A stretch of 64,000 nucleotides of DNA, from the NCBI GenBank assembly GCA_003971905.1, contig RSEE01000008.1:558001-622000 (forward strand). The letters run 5' to 3'. The notes beneath the pieces were generated by a model, which did not search any database, was not told the origin of the DNA, and saw nothing but the letters and a program-made list of their open reading frames with translations. Source of the stretch: Moniliella sp. 'wahieum'. Lineage: Eukaryota. Positions 12,318 to 24,654 of the stretch are shown one piece after another; position 1 is the first letter of the stretch, and each line of letters begins with the position of its first letter. A program made the translations under genes and the position numbers.

Positions 12318-14154
12318 TCAAGCCCATGGGCTGGGCTCATCCGGTGGCCACACGCTTGATGGTATCGGTGCAGGCACAATCGGGGTAGGTTGCGTAGGCT
12401 GCTCATCGATTGGGGCATCTAGATCAACCAACGAGGCGTCGCCAGCAATGCCAGTCCCTGATCTGGGGATCGAAGGTGTCGGAACCGAGGAAGGGGCGGT
12501 TGCCGCCTCGGTTGCGGCGGCCGTCTGTTCAGCTTGCTTTGGGCGCTGCTGCCTCGCCCGCCACCTTGGTTGCGGCTGCAGCAAACTCTTCTTTTGAGCC
12601 TCTTGCTCGGCTGTGATTTCGGCCGAGCCATAGCGCGAACTAAGAGGCACAGAGGGAACCACATTCTGCTTGAGTCCCGAGGCCGCTGGCGAGCTAAATC
12701 CAGTGCTGGGACGCGATGGAGAAGCGGTCGCCGTAGGGCAAGGCGGTGTGGGGGTGGATGTAGGATGTGCCGTAGCAGAAGGTCGAGCGGTTGCTGTTGG
12801 CGTGGGAGTGGGTCCTGGGGCTTGGGTGGGACGAGGAGGGGCGGCAGTGGCAGTGTGGGATTGGTCGCGGTGCCTCAGATCAGCGGCAAAGGCTGCCGAA
12901 ACAGTGCGGGCCACATCGGCCCAAAGCATAGTACCCATCATTCTCTCCAGGCGAAAACATACCCCTGTGCGCCGAAATCTCGTCTGTCGCGCGGGTGTGA
13001 CAGCCGGGACAAAGGCATGATCCAGCGTGGTGTTGGCGGGCGGGAGAATGACAAACGTGCGTGACTCTTGGTCTTGGGACGAAGACGTAGGGGGGATCAG
13101 GGTATACCAGCAGCGGAAAAACACATTGTGGGTGCGTACCAGGCGTTCAGTTGCCTCATTCGCTCGGCATGCCCCGCAGAATCCCACAATGTTCCTACAA
13201 ATGCCATGTGCTCCGCCACCCAGGTATAGCTCTCCTCCAACGTCTGGGGTCGCGCACTCCAAGCGCCAGCGGCCAAGCCAAACCCGGCTACCGCCACCGC
13301 CGCTGCACCAGCTGCAGCCCACAAATATCCTCCTCCGGTGGAGGGGGAAGCTACCTCGAGAACTGCTAGAGCCTCCCCAACCAAACGCATCCCCAATGGC
13401 GGAGCTGACATCCCGTGCCGTTGACACATACTGGTTGGCTGTGTTGAAGGTGGAACCGATTGCGTTGCGAAAGACGTGTGGGTGAACGCCAAAATAAGGG
13501 GTATCAAACGCAAGTACTGCAAGGACACGGGGCCAAAGGTCGGGTAGAGAGTGGGTGGGAAGAGCGGATGCAGCAGCATCTTCGAGCAGCATACGAGCAG
13601 CATCCGTGATCACCAATCCGCCCATGGAGTGGCCGCAGAGGATGATGCGCACCGAGCCTTTTCCGCCTCCCCCGGGATGGGACTCGCGCCGGAGAACCAA
13701 GCGAGTCAGCCACTCGGAAAATGCCTGCACCGCATCCGCCAGCTGTCCCCTGGTGTCGTACGTGGGGTAGACGACACTCTCTACACGGGACAAGTGGGGA
13801 TAGGTAGCCCGGAGAACAGACTCGATCCGTGTAGGGAAGGGCCCAAAGGTACGCTCCGCACTGCCGCGAAACCCATGAACAAAGACAATGAGAAGCTCGA
13901 CCTTGTTTCCAGATTGCTTCACCCCTTCCCCCTGCAGCGGCTGCGGCAGCGGCTGCTTGAGCTGCTTCGGGAGCGGCAAAAGTGTCAAACTTCTCTTGCG
14001 CGTCTTCAAATTCAACGTCACTGTCCGCAGAGTCGTCAGAATCGGACGAAGGTGACTCGGGGGCAAATCGGGCGGGCTGCGAGGGACTGGAAGGTCCACC
14101 TCCAAAAGCTGCGGCAGCGGCGCGTGCCTCGGCCTCGGGATCCTCAGCACTCAT
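12318..14154 (-). CDS. Alpha/beta-hydrolase, DUF676/putative lipase family, with a Pro/Thr-rich tail
   Basis: LLIVFVHGFRG...YPTYDTRG...IILCGHSMGGLV (nucleophile elbow)...VLAFDTPYFG. Several frameshifts. Confidence 0.8.
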
Positions 14155-14627
14155 GTAATCCAAGGGTGCTGAGAAGGATGGCTTAGAGTTGGATGGAGGA
14201 CGGGATGCTACAGAGATAGCCGACGTTACCAGGTGGCAGTGGCGGGCCAGGCACTAGGTGTACTTAGGCGCTGCATGCGCTACGTGGCGCACAAGCGGAG
14301 CGCAGTTTCACTGGCTGCTTTTTTCTTTTTCTTTTTCGCATTTTCGTTTTTTACCCCAGGTCTGCCGCATATCCTCCTCTGAAGTGTACAAATGAGCCTA
14401 TCACGACGTCGATCGCGAAGGCCTATTTCAGGCTAGACAGATCCAATCCTTCCGCATCACTCCCAGCCACATACTTCTGGCATGCTCAACATTACCCATT
14501 GTGCAACGCAAGCCCGTATTAGCCCCTAAATACTTGCATTAATGGACGTCCTATACGGGAATACACGGCAGATAGAGCAGAGGAAAGAACATTTTGGTGT
14601 CATCTCTCGCTCGAGAGACATTAAGCT

Positions 14628-15443
14628 TTAAGCCTCCACTTCAGGAATCTTAGGGCCCTCTTGCTGTTCCCGCCATTCGCGCAAGGCTTCAATTGTGATG
14701 GCGTGCAGTCCATGCTCCTTGGCAAACGCAAGGCATGCGTCTCGGGCAGCAATACCGCCATCCTCGTTGGTGGGATCGACCAGTTCACACAACAGACCTG
14801 CGGGGGGCTGGCCTGTAGCAAAGCACAGATCTGTCGCAAACAGGGTAAGTATCCGACTCCCAGCGCGGAAACAACGATAGAAGGGAAGCAGGTAATAAGG
14901 AGCCGACAGAAATGGGTACTTACCAATGGCAGCTTCAGTGTGTCCCTGGCGCACCCGAGTGCCTCCGGGGCGGTAGCAGAGAGGGACGAGATGGCCAGGG
15001 CGGGTAAAGGACTCGGGGGTGGGCTTCTCCGGTGCCGGGGCCAACGAAGCCTGCGCGCCCTGAGCAAATCGTTTGGGGGGCGAAGGACGGACATGGGATG
15101 CGGTGGCGGCGAGCATGCGTGCGGTCAAAGCACGATCATGGGCCGAGATACCGGTAGTTGTGCCCTTGGCATAGTCAACGGTAACTGCATACGCAGTTCG
15201 GTTGCGGTCAGTGTTGGTGGTAACCATGGGAGGGATGTCGAGTGCATCAAGGACGGTGGGGTGGCAGGGGGCGCAAATGTAGCCAGAGGTGTGTTTGACG
15301 AAAAAGGCCATTTGGGCTTGGGTGATGGTCGAGCCCGAGATGATGAGGTCCCCTTCATTCTCCCGGTCTTCGCGGTCGAGCACGACGAGAAACTCGCCGC
15401 GGGCAAATGCCTCAAGGGCGTCGGGGATGGAGCTGAAGGACAT
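14628..15443 (-). CDS. RIB3: 3,4-dihydroxy-2-butanone 4-phosphate synthase (riboflavin biosynthesis)
   Basis: VVLDREDRENEGDLI, TSGYIC, TTTGISAHDRALT, FTRPGHLVPL, RQGHTEAA, LCELV; one intron (GTAAGT...ACAG) at ~14831-14923. Confidence 0.95.
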   Translation of the reverse strand: MSFSSIPDALEAFARGEFLVVLDREDRENEGDLIISGSTITQAQMAFFVKHTSGYICAPCHPTVLDALDIPPMVTTNTDRNRTAYAVTVDYAKGTTTGISAHDRALTARMLAATASHVRPSPPKRFAQGAQASLAPAPEKPTPESFTRPGHLVPLCYRPGGTRVRQGHTEAAIGKYPFLSAPYYLLPFYRCFRAGSRILTLFATDLCFATGQPPAGLLCELVDPTNEDGGIAARDACLAFAKEHGLHAITIEALREWREQQEGPKIPEVEA

Positions 15444-16081
15444 GGAGGAGGGCGGGGTGAAGGGCAGAGGAGGGATGGCCAGACGGGGGGGGTATAGGGA
15501 GACGGTGGAAGAAGGGCAGGTGTGAGGCGTGAGGCTCCGGTCAGGTGGCGGGAGCGCGGACATGCGCAGCCAGAAGCGTGGCGTGCGGTTTCGGACCTTC
15601 GTTTTCACACCCGGTCTCATTCCCTGGTCGGGTTGGCTCAATTCGGGCGTACCACGCCGGGGACAAGGCCTAAGGGTGACCGGTGATTAGCGCTGTGACA
15701 TGTGACATGTGATGAGGTGGTTTGCATTAGGTCAGCAGCAAGGCATCACCGGTCCCTAAGCTGGATGACATCATCGATCATCCTGGGGCATCGTAGGCCA
15801 TGGTCACAGCCTGGGACAGCTTGCCTGTTGCATGCATTACACCGGCTGTCGGAGCGGAGCGGCCGGACCGGTGTGACGATGATCACCGACCAGCCAGCCG
15901 GGCTTAAAGCCGGATGCATGACGCCGCAAGGATGGTTGGGGCAAGCTAGTCGCTATCCATGTCCATCAGCGTTTGTGGGGCAGCTGCTCCACTTTAATAC
16001 CCTCAGTGTTGCGCCTCATTCATGCACACACACCACCAGCCTCTCGCATCCTCCCACCACCACTCTCCGGTCTCCTTTGCC

Positions 16082-17464
16082 ATGCCGCCGCCCCTGACCG
16101 GACTCAAGGTGGTTGAGTTCGCGGGCCTAGCGCCAGGCCCCTTTGCCGGCATGGTCTTGGCCGACTTTGGTGCAGACGTTGTGCGTGTCGATGTTCCGCT
16201 GGCACCAAACCATGCCCCCAACAACGTCAACCTCGACACGCTGACCCGCCGGAAGCGCAGCGTCGCCCTTTCTCCCAAAACGCCGCAAGGGCTCCAAACT
16301 CTCAAACGCCTCATCTCCCAGGCCGACGTCCTTATCGATCCCTTCCGCCCGGGGGTAATGGAGCGTCTCGGTTTGGGTCCTGACGTCTTCCTGGCTCTCG
16401 ACGGTGGCTTGAACCAAGGGTTGATCTACGCCCGCATCACTGGGTTCCAGCGGCAAGGGCCCTACGCCAAGATGGCCGGACACGACATCAACTACCTTGC
16501 TCTGTCGGGGTTGTCCATGCTGGGAACACGGCAGTACCGACAAATTACCTCTGATGGACAGACAACCTGGAGGGCAGAGACGCCCCCGCCCTCACCTCCA
16601 AACTTTCTCATGGCCGACTTTGGGGGCGGTGCTATGATGTGTGTCATGGGCATCTTGATGGCCTTGTTGGCTCGCTCCAGTCGTCAGCAAGGTGGGCAAG
16701 TGGTGGAGGCCGACATGGTTTCGGGAGTGCGGTATCTCTCCACTTTCTTCCTTCAAAGTAGCTATCGCATGAACGACATTTCCTCCAACGGAGGATCGAT
16801 TTTTGGTGACGGTTCTGATGACCCAGTCGGTGAAGGAAGGGGCTCTGGATTTTTGGAGGGAGAGGCCCCCTGGTACGCGGTGTACAGAGCCAAGGACGGG
16901 TTCATGTCAGTAGGAGCGCTCGAGCCCAAGTTTTTTGCTACGATGCTAGCATTGGCTGCCCAATCTGAACCTGATCTAGTACAAAAACACGCTGGACCTG
17001 CGTTGGACCCCAAGAACCAGCGCAACCGCCTATATTGGCCTCAACTGAGAGCCTATCTCGCGGAAGTGTTTGCGCGGAGAACCAGGGCCGGGTGGACGAA
17101 GGTCTTTCTTGGCTCGGACGCCTGTGTTGCCGCCGTCCTTACAAGGGACGAAGCCAACGGGGGTGTCTATCGTTCCGGGAACCACCTCTGACTCATTTAC
17201 TCAAGGTGTCCTGCCCCCCGTTCCTCAGGACAGTAGAGCCCAACTCAAGGAAGATGACCAGCCAGTGCCACCCGGTGTGAGTCCACGTTTGAGCCGTACC
17301 CCTGCATTGACGCCTCCGGGATCTGCGGGTCTCTGGCCGAGACTCAAGAGCTGCCTCAGTTGCTCTTGACTGCGGGACAGGACACCGAAGAAGTTCTTCA
17401 TGATTGGCTCGGGTTTAACTCTCACGAAGCCAGACTCATCGTGGCTGCCCAGGCCAAACTCTGA
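16082..17464 (+). CDS. CoA-transferase family III (CaiB/BaiF), alpha-methylacyl-CoA racemase-like, peroxisomal
   Basis: LTGLKVVEFAGLAPGPFAGMVLADFGADVVRVD, ADVLIDPFRPGVMERLGLG, AGHDINYLA, ADFGGG. After frameshifts the last segment ends ...AQAKL* (PTS1) at 17462-17464. Confidence 0.9.
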
Positions 17465-17863
17465 GTTTCGGCAGTGACCCTTGAATCATGAATTTCGTTG
17501 GGTTTTGCTGATGCCCATCATCATCGGGCAAGCGCATGTTGAAGACGGTGAGAAACGTGACATGCATGGCCGGGGACAAGTGACAACACCTTTCGGATGT
17601 CTCAGCTTTCTTCTAACGTGCTCTAGGTTTTGCAGACCTACTATGAAGACCTGAATGGGGCACTGTAGAGGATAGGTGTAGTCTTATTAGAGTTAAATAT
17701 TCCAACTACGCCAAACAGAACCCTCATGAGGGAGGCCAGGGGCCCTTTCTCAGTCTAGTTCATCTGGAATGGAATCATGGAAAGCTGTAGAACAAGAACA
17801 AAATTGCCGTCGACCTGTTTACTGTGGTGCGCTGGGAAGCTTGCAGCATGCGGTGAAGATGGT

Positions 17864-20124
17864 TTACTGGTTGTCTTCCAAGATTAGATCCGCCAACCTC
17901 GGCGATGCCATATGTGATGGTCATGAGGTGTTGGGACATGGACAGGGGCGGGACAGAGGAGTCCACGACTCGGAGTCCATCCGTGTTGTACACCCGCAGT
18001 CGCTCGTCCACCACCCACCGTACTTGAGAGGCAATTGAGAGCACGAACTGCTAGGATGGTATTCAGTCCCAAAATGTTGTTGAATGAACGTGTTCCAATC
18101 ATCTTCAGATTGAACATTGGTCCCCGGCGATGTCTCTGTCCCCGTAAACTCATTCAAGGGGGCCGAATTGCCAAGCTGGCGAGCCAACTGGCACCCATGC
18201 CGAAGAATTTGCAGGTCGATCGCGTTACGCACATAGGACGCATCAACCACGGGGTGATCAAACGCATTGGTCGAATTAATCTTGACCGATCCTTGCGACG
18301 TGGGGTGCTGCAGACCGCACTGGATATTCATGTTCCCCCACGAGATTGACCACAAGATCTCCACCGCCGGCGCATCCGCCGCAAAAACCGTATGAGCAAT
18401 CTCTTGCAGTGCCGCCTTGTACCCAGCCTTCACCGTAGACGGAGCATCATACTCGTCTACAAACTGGTCAATGTTCGAGGAAATGTTGTTGATTGCCCAA
18501 TCGAGCTGGAGCAATTTGGAAAGAGGAGTGTACAGCACCGCCGAGTTAACATAGCTGTTGTTCACCGCGCTGGACGTCACCTCATCGGGTGGCATGGCGA
18601 TGGAGCTGTTCTTGGGCCGGAAGGTCACCCCCCCACTAAGGTGGTCTTGCAGGTGATAGCCCACGCCGGGCACATCCGCAACTTGAGTGATATTGAGAGG
18701 ATCAAGAATTGATTTGTCTGCCACGCCAGAGAGCTGCAACAGCTGAGGCGATCCAATCACGCCAGCAGCCAAGATGACTTCTTTGGCGGCATGGACTGTG
18801 TGTGTTTTGGCGTCGGGCTGCTGAGCAAGTTGGACACCAGTTGCCCGCGGCGTGGATCCGGACGTGTCAAACACAATCTTAGTGGCTTGATGGGAGGTGA
18901 GGACGTGCAGGTTCGACCGCTGCAGAGGCTCGAGGAAGGCTGTGCGAGAGAAAGAGCGGGTCCAATTGGAAGGGTTGATGCTGCTCAAGGCGAGGAAGGG
19001 CCCCGAATTGTTTCCACCATAAGGGTCTTGGTTGATGGGGATGCCCGACTGATTCTCGGCAGATTGTAGGAAGGCACCTACTGAAGGATACTCGATTCCA
19101 GGCCATGTGTGGTGGATGCCCACGGAATTGGTCCCATGGGAGCTCATGTTGTAAGGAATAAGAGTAGAGTTGTGACCGGACACACCCTTGTGCATCTCAC
19201 TTTCGATTCCGCTTTGGGGAGGAGAAAAGTTTTCGCTCTTCTTCATCGCGTTATGCACCTTATCCCACCCCCACAGCTGCTGGGCATCATCTCCCAGTGA
19301 CGAGAGCATATTTGCCCAGGCCTCTTGCTCCACCTCCGCTTGGCGTACGAGATACATGCCGTTAATTGCGCTCGACCCCCCCAACGTCTTGCCCCTGGGC
19401 CAGGGTACCGTGCGGCCTTGTAGACCACTTTGCTTGGTAGTGACATATTGCCAATCTTTCGAGGTGCCCACGGATGAGTTGTACAACTTCAAACAGATGT
19501 TGAGGTTAGCTTTCGAGTATAGAAATCCGAGAACACATGGCTCTCGGGAGAGAGAGGCAGCAGGAGAGAGGGCGTACCAAAGCATTGGGGGTGGTGAGCG
19601 TCGTGTCATGCAAGTTGGCATTGCCAGCCTCCAGGACAACTACGGTGTTGGACGGGTCGGCCGATAGACGATTTGCCAGCGTCAGTCCAGCAGTACCGCC
19701 ACCGACAATGACTGTAGGTAGTACAAAAAAGGCATACACATATGAAATACGTTAGCGTACCAAGTCATATATTGCATACACATGTGCGCACACGGTCTGT
19801 TGATCTCGTGCGTTCTCAATGATCAGGACGGAGGGAAGGAGATGGAAGAAGCGATTACGCACCATAGTCAAAGGTTTGACCATCAAAGGGGATGGCATTG
19901 TTGGATATTCCGGCAGGTGGGGTGGCGCGGGCGCCTGCATGACGATTGATCCGTCGCTCAAAGCGGGACGAGAATGAAGAGGGGTAATGATAATGGTTGT
20001 CCGCAGCTTGAACCGGCGTGCTTGCCACAGCAAAGAGGGTGGCGATGGCAGTGATGGCGAGAGTAAGGTGACGAGCGAGACGCGGCGACGCGTGTCTGCG
20101 TTCTGCTGCTTGGATACGTGCCAT
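17864..20124 (-). CDS. GMC (glucose-methanol-choline) oxidoreductase, probably secreted
   Basis: VIVGGGTAGLTLANRLS...VVVLEAG (FAD-binding), WPRGKTLGGSSAINGM, EVILAAGVIGSPQLLQLSG, GYHLQDH, TEYHPSSSC, VVDERLRVY. Hydrophobic N-terminal segment and two introns near the 5' end. Confidence 0.93.
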
Positions 20125-21239
20125 GATACAGATATATGGGACGCGGTGTCGGTGGTTGTACAGTTGAAAAAGAAGGGAGGAGAGAAGGCGGGGAGGGGGG
20201 GGGGTAGAAGCGGCGGCGGTGGATAGCAGCCCGAGTGGTAGCAGCAATCGTCGTCACAGAAGGTACGGACGACCCACTGTGCAAGAAAGAGATGGGATGG
20301 AGAGAGGACACCGGATGGATTCCATCATCTTATACCATCCACACAACACGACGTACCACCACTACTGCGCCACATCCCTCCATGCATCGACCCTGGTCAT
20401 CCGTGTGTGATAGCGCCCATTCACCAGCTCGTTGATTGTAAAGGTGCAGTGGCACTGCCGTGGCGCTTTCGGTGGCGCTGGTGGGGTCTTCGCACCCGGC
20501 GGGTGGGGCTCCAACCGCACGGGGGCAGTGCTCAGCCCTGTCTCCGCGGAACAGGATTTATATTTTGTAGCCGAGTTCCTCAGACGTGTCAATCATACTC
20601 TTCCGTTTGTGGAGCTAAGCGCTAAGCACTGCGAAGCCCGATGCAAATAGTATGTGCTGCGGCCTGCTGTGGCAGAGGCTGTGGCTGCTCCACCACACGT
20701 CTCCGCCTTTAAGCCCAGGGGCGATCCTCAGGCCTACGGCCTCAAGCTGAGGCCTCACCGGCACCGGGCCATAGCCGCACAGACGACCTGATTGTGGACG
20801 AGAGGAACGAAGGACAGTGCTGTATTGCTGGCGCTTATTTCTTGGCGCTTTTTTGTGATGTGCATCAACGTATCAACGTTGTTGAACGTTGAGCGCGTTG
20901 AGCCATGATCAAGTGGGTTACTGCTAAGCGTTAACATCAACAGTATATATAACTGCTGTTACATCATTCGGACAACCCTAGCCTCTGTTCTCCGCGCTAT
21001 GAAGACCTAAGGGCCTAAGATCTAATAACTTCTCGCGGGCGCAGTTCGATGTCATGATCGACATGATCAGCGGAGTGACGCCCACTTTTAAAACGTTGGG
21101 CTCTTATTGGGCTTACGCGCTTACGCGTTACGCGTATTCTACGCGCTATATCAATAGCCTCTGTTGCTGTAGCCAGACGCATCCTATTGCACACAGCTTT
21201 TTTATGAATTTCGGAACAGCAGCGGATATGAGAGAATCG

Positions 21240-21673
21240 GAGACCTGAAGTCCGGATGGTCATCGAGGGTGATGCAATCACACGGATGGTGGTGGTGGTC
21301 TATGTCATAGTTTGGCTGATCTCGCCCCCATTTTCAATTTCTTCGTCTCGAGCGTCTCGCTCCTTCCCTGTTTCTTCCACTTCGCACCATGTCAACTGTT
21401 CTTGCTTTTCCCCACGAACGATTGCTACACCCCTTGGCCTAGTCCGATCCTGGTCTCCCTCGCCTTAGCCCCGACTGTGACAGTCTAAGCCAGCCAGCAA
21501 CCCCTTACAGAGGAACATCAAGCTTCAAGTCGCGAGTCGCTACCACGGTCTAGTTTAAACTGCGACGGAACAATAAGGAAAAACAGGAGAAAGAAGACAA
21601 CGGAACTCCTATAGGCATGAGTGCATGAGGAGGAACCGAAGGGACGTTGGACAAAGCGTGAACCACCCGGTGG
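21240..21673 (+). repeat. Dispersed repeat family A, copy 1 (interrupted by a solo LTR)
   Basis: Shares GAGACCTG-AGTCC-GATGGTC-GAGGGTGATGCAATC and ACAGAGGAACATCAAGC...GAAGGGAC-TTGG-CAAAGC with 23951-24177 (reverse) and 33755-33977. Confidence 0.8.
21303..21482. mobile_element. Solo LTR (180 bp), copy 1
   Basis: Begins TGTCATAG and ends CTGTGACA (TG...CA with short inverted termini). Flanked by a perfect 5-bp duplication GTCTA (21298-21302 and 21483-21487). Other family A copies show the empty site with one GTCTA. Confidence 0.85.
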
Positions 21674-22009
21674 GTCATCAACATATACCCCAATCAGTAC
21701 AATCGGTACTCAGTACTTGGTACTCAATCTCTCGTACCCCCTCGGGGTTGCTAAAACCCACCACATTCGCTCGGAATAGGATGAATGTTTTGCAGTAGAG
21801 CGTTACGCCTTGGGCTTCACCGGTCATCCCTTTTCACTTTTAACTAGTTACTGGTCATGATGTATGGCCAGCCGAGACGAACAAATAGCCTGTCTCTTTC
21901 TTGGGCGAGCTCAAGGTGTGGATGGATGTACGGATAGAAGAGGACAAGCATCTTGCTGTGGTACGGTTTACTCTTGCTGTTATGTTTTTCATTTTGGCGA
22001 AAATATCAA

Positions 22010-22107
22010 GTTCCATTAGCTCAGTTGGCTAGAGCGTCCGACTGTTACACAGACGGCCTGTGCCCTATGGCATCGGGAGGTCGTTGGTTCGAGCCCAACA
22101 TGGAACG
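22010..22107 (+). tRNA. tRNA-Asn(GTT) with a ~24-nt intron
   Basis: Acceptor GTTCCAT/ATGGAAC, A-box TAGCTCAGTTGG, anticodon arm TCCGA-CTGTTA[intron 22048-22071]A-TCGGG, T-arm GTTGG-TTCGAGC-CCAAC and a downstream T run. Confidence 0.93.
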
Positions 22108-22654
22108 TTCTTTTTGCTCCTTAACCAATTTTTCTTCGCTCCTTTTTCACTGCACACTCTTCGCTACGAGAATGGGTCGCTCAGCGGGTTGAGGCTCAAC
22201 AAGCATTTTGCGAACGCCTTGTTGACACCATTCATCATCGCATCATCAGGGTAATCCTGAACCTATTCGATCTAACATCGATCAAGCTAACGATATGTAT
22301 AGGGTAGAGGTTCACCATGATCAGGAGCTATGTAGGAAGGAGCTATGTATAACGGCGTGGCCTCCCGAGCGATGACAACCTTGATTGACGGGGCGGAGAG
22401 GGGGCCAGTCCTCTGGCTCGTTGGAATAGGGCTAGAGGCGTAGGCCCGAAGCGAGAGCTTCGTACCTTGGACGCATTCACTATGGGGGGCCCTACACTTT
22501 CCGGATCCCCTTCTCACCAAACTAAACGGCATCCATCATCGCCATTTCTGAATTTCGATCCACTTGAAGGCACTGGGCTGGCGCCTCGCATAGGCCTTCA
22601 CTACAAGGTGGTGAAACGAAGTTGAGAAGTGGGATGGACCATAACAAGCGGAAT

Positions 22655-23193
22655 TTAGACCGTGCCCGCCTTGTCAATCACGATCTTTCCCTTGGTCGCA
22701 CCGCTTTGAGAGCCAAGCTTCTCGATCTCCTTGACCACATCAAAGCCCTCGACTACCTCGCCAAAGACGACGTGCTTGCCGTCCAGCCAGGGAGTGGTGA
22801 CAGTGGTGATGAAGAACTGGCTGCCGTTCGTGTTGGGGCCAGCGTTGGCCATCGAGAGAAGGCCAGGGCGGTCGTGGCGGATGCGGAAGTTCTCATCGGG
22901 AAGGTGCGGCCGTAGATGGACTTGCCTCCAGTGCCGTTGAAGTTGGTAAAGTCACCGCCTTGGAGCATAAAGTGAGGAATGACACGGTGGAAGATCGAGC
23001 CCTCGTAGCCAAAGCCATGCTTCTTGGTGGCCAACTCACGGAAGTTCTGCGCCGTCTTAGGCACCTGCTGGTCGTACAACTTGAACACAATCCGACCCAG
23101 CGGCGAGCCGTTGACCGAGGTGTCAAAGAAGACGTTCGAGTCCTTGAGGATCCGGGCCGTCGAAGCAAACTGCCGCACAAAGGAGGGACGCAT
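22655..23193 (-). CDS. Cyclophilin A-type peptidyl-prolyl isomerase with a short mitochondrial presequence
   Basis: [69 protein letters not shown]-terminus [16 protein letters not shown]. One-base deletion in a C run near 22899. Confidence 0.95.
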
Positions 23194-23615
23194 CTCTGGC
23201 GGGCGTAAATGTCAGCATTCATAGTGCAACGCGATAGAGTACGCGTGTTGGCTGCAAGTGTAGCTAGGTGTAGCTGCCTTATTCCCCTGTACACGAGAGA
23301 GACATACTTTACCAGCAAGAGGTCGGAGTGGTGGTGAAGAGATGAGCCGGGTCGGCTTCTTGTAGAAGGAAATGGGACCGGGACAAACCTAACCCCTAGC
23401 CCACCCTTCTCAACCCTAGGGGAAGCTTGGTAAGCAACCCAACCCTACTCCTCAACGCCCGTGCACCAGCCACTCCTGCGTCACGTAGTGACGTGTGACA
23501 TGTGACATGCGACAGTCACTGGAGCCACTAGTCACTAGTCACGTGAAGCTTGAAGAGCTTGAAGCTTGACTAGTTTTGCGCGCCTGGTCTTGCGGCATTA
23601 TCAAAAACCGCCTCT

Positions 23616-23799
23616 TGTCACAGTCGGGGCTAAGGCGAGGGAGACCAGAATCGGACTAGGCCAAGCAGTGTAGCAATCGTTCGTGGGGAAGAAGCAAGAA
23701 CAGTTGACATGGTGCGAAGTGGAAGAAACAGGGAAGGAGCGAGACGCTCGAGACGAAGAAATTGAAAATGGGGGCGAGATCAGTTAAACTATTACGACA
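23616..23799. mobile_element. Solo LTR, copy 2 (inverted relative to 21303-21482)
   Basis: Near-identical reverse complement of copy 1 (TGTCACAGTCGGGGCTAAGGCGAGG...GGGGCGAGATCAG...GACA), flanked by CCTCT/CCTCC (4/5 TSD match). Confidence 0.8.
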
Positions 23800-23950
23800 C
23801 CTCCTGAAGAGCGGCGATAGGAAAGAGCTTCATCTGCGTTCCAGAGAGGGTGGAGGTATATTTGCAGCGTCTCCGAGTTTTCGGAACCCATATCCATGAC
23901 ATAGTGGCTGCAATATGCTTGTTCTCTCGCGATTCCATCAAGTTCTTGTG

Positions 23951-24177
23951 TGTTGAGCCACCAGGTGGCTCGTGCTTTGGCCAATGTCCCTTCAGTTCTC
24001 CTCAGGCCTGGGAGTTCCCTTGTTTTCTATCCTGTTTTTCCTTGTTCCGCAGCTTAGCCCCTGGTGGCGACTCGCTGCTTGATGTTCCTCTGTGGGCGTT
24101 GCTGGTTGGCTTAGACCACCACCATTACCAGTGCGATTGCATCACCCTCGAGGACCATCTGGACTCCAGGTCTCATC
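23951..24177 (-). repeat. Dispersed repeat family A, copy 2 (empty site for the solo LTR)
   Basis: The reverse complement aligns by eye with 21240-21673 minus the LTR and with 33755-33977. Confidence 0.8.
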
Positions 24178-24654
24178 ATTGTGCGTGCTTCAATTACCTC
24201 TGTTTTCCAATACATACCACCTGTGTATTACGTCTATTAGCAAACTCCCTCGATCCAATATCGTCAGGTATTCCGTACGCTTTGGGGGTTCCTCCCCCAC
24301 CTCGTTTCTGTCGCCTTCCTCCCCAGCAGAGGAGGGATTGAACTTTATGCCAGGAATGGAATGCATATGAGCTTTTGACGACCGGCTAATTCTGCCCTGA
24401 CTCTCTGATCGTGAGGAGTGTACCCCGTACTCATTTGAGTAATGCTACACCAATGGCACTAGGCTTTTTTTGCGACAACAGATGGTGAGGTGGAACGAGG
24501 TTCCAAAGGAGCATCCGAAATAAATACATGTCGGTGTTTGCTGAGCTAGTGAAGGTGTTTGGGACATAGTGTGGTGCAGGGGAGTACCGACGACCCTCGT
24601 GCTGCAAAGATCCTTTGATAGTGTTTATCCTATGCCCATCTATATAGATATCGC

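Noticed and set aside
12318..20124. Secondary-metabolite gene cluster (hydrolase, RIB3, CoA-transferase, GMC oxidase)
   Set aside because: No backbone synthase, transporter or cluster regulator; the genes look like unrelated housekeeping or catabolic neighbours.
21303..23799. A composite or Pack-type DNA transposon with 180-bp TIRs carrying tRNA-Asn and cyclophilin
   Set aside because: Each repeat has its own TG...CA ends and its own 5-bp TSD, and the outer flanks (GTCTA vs CCTCC) do not match. They are two independent solo LTRs.
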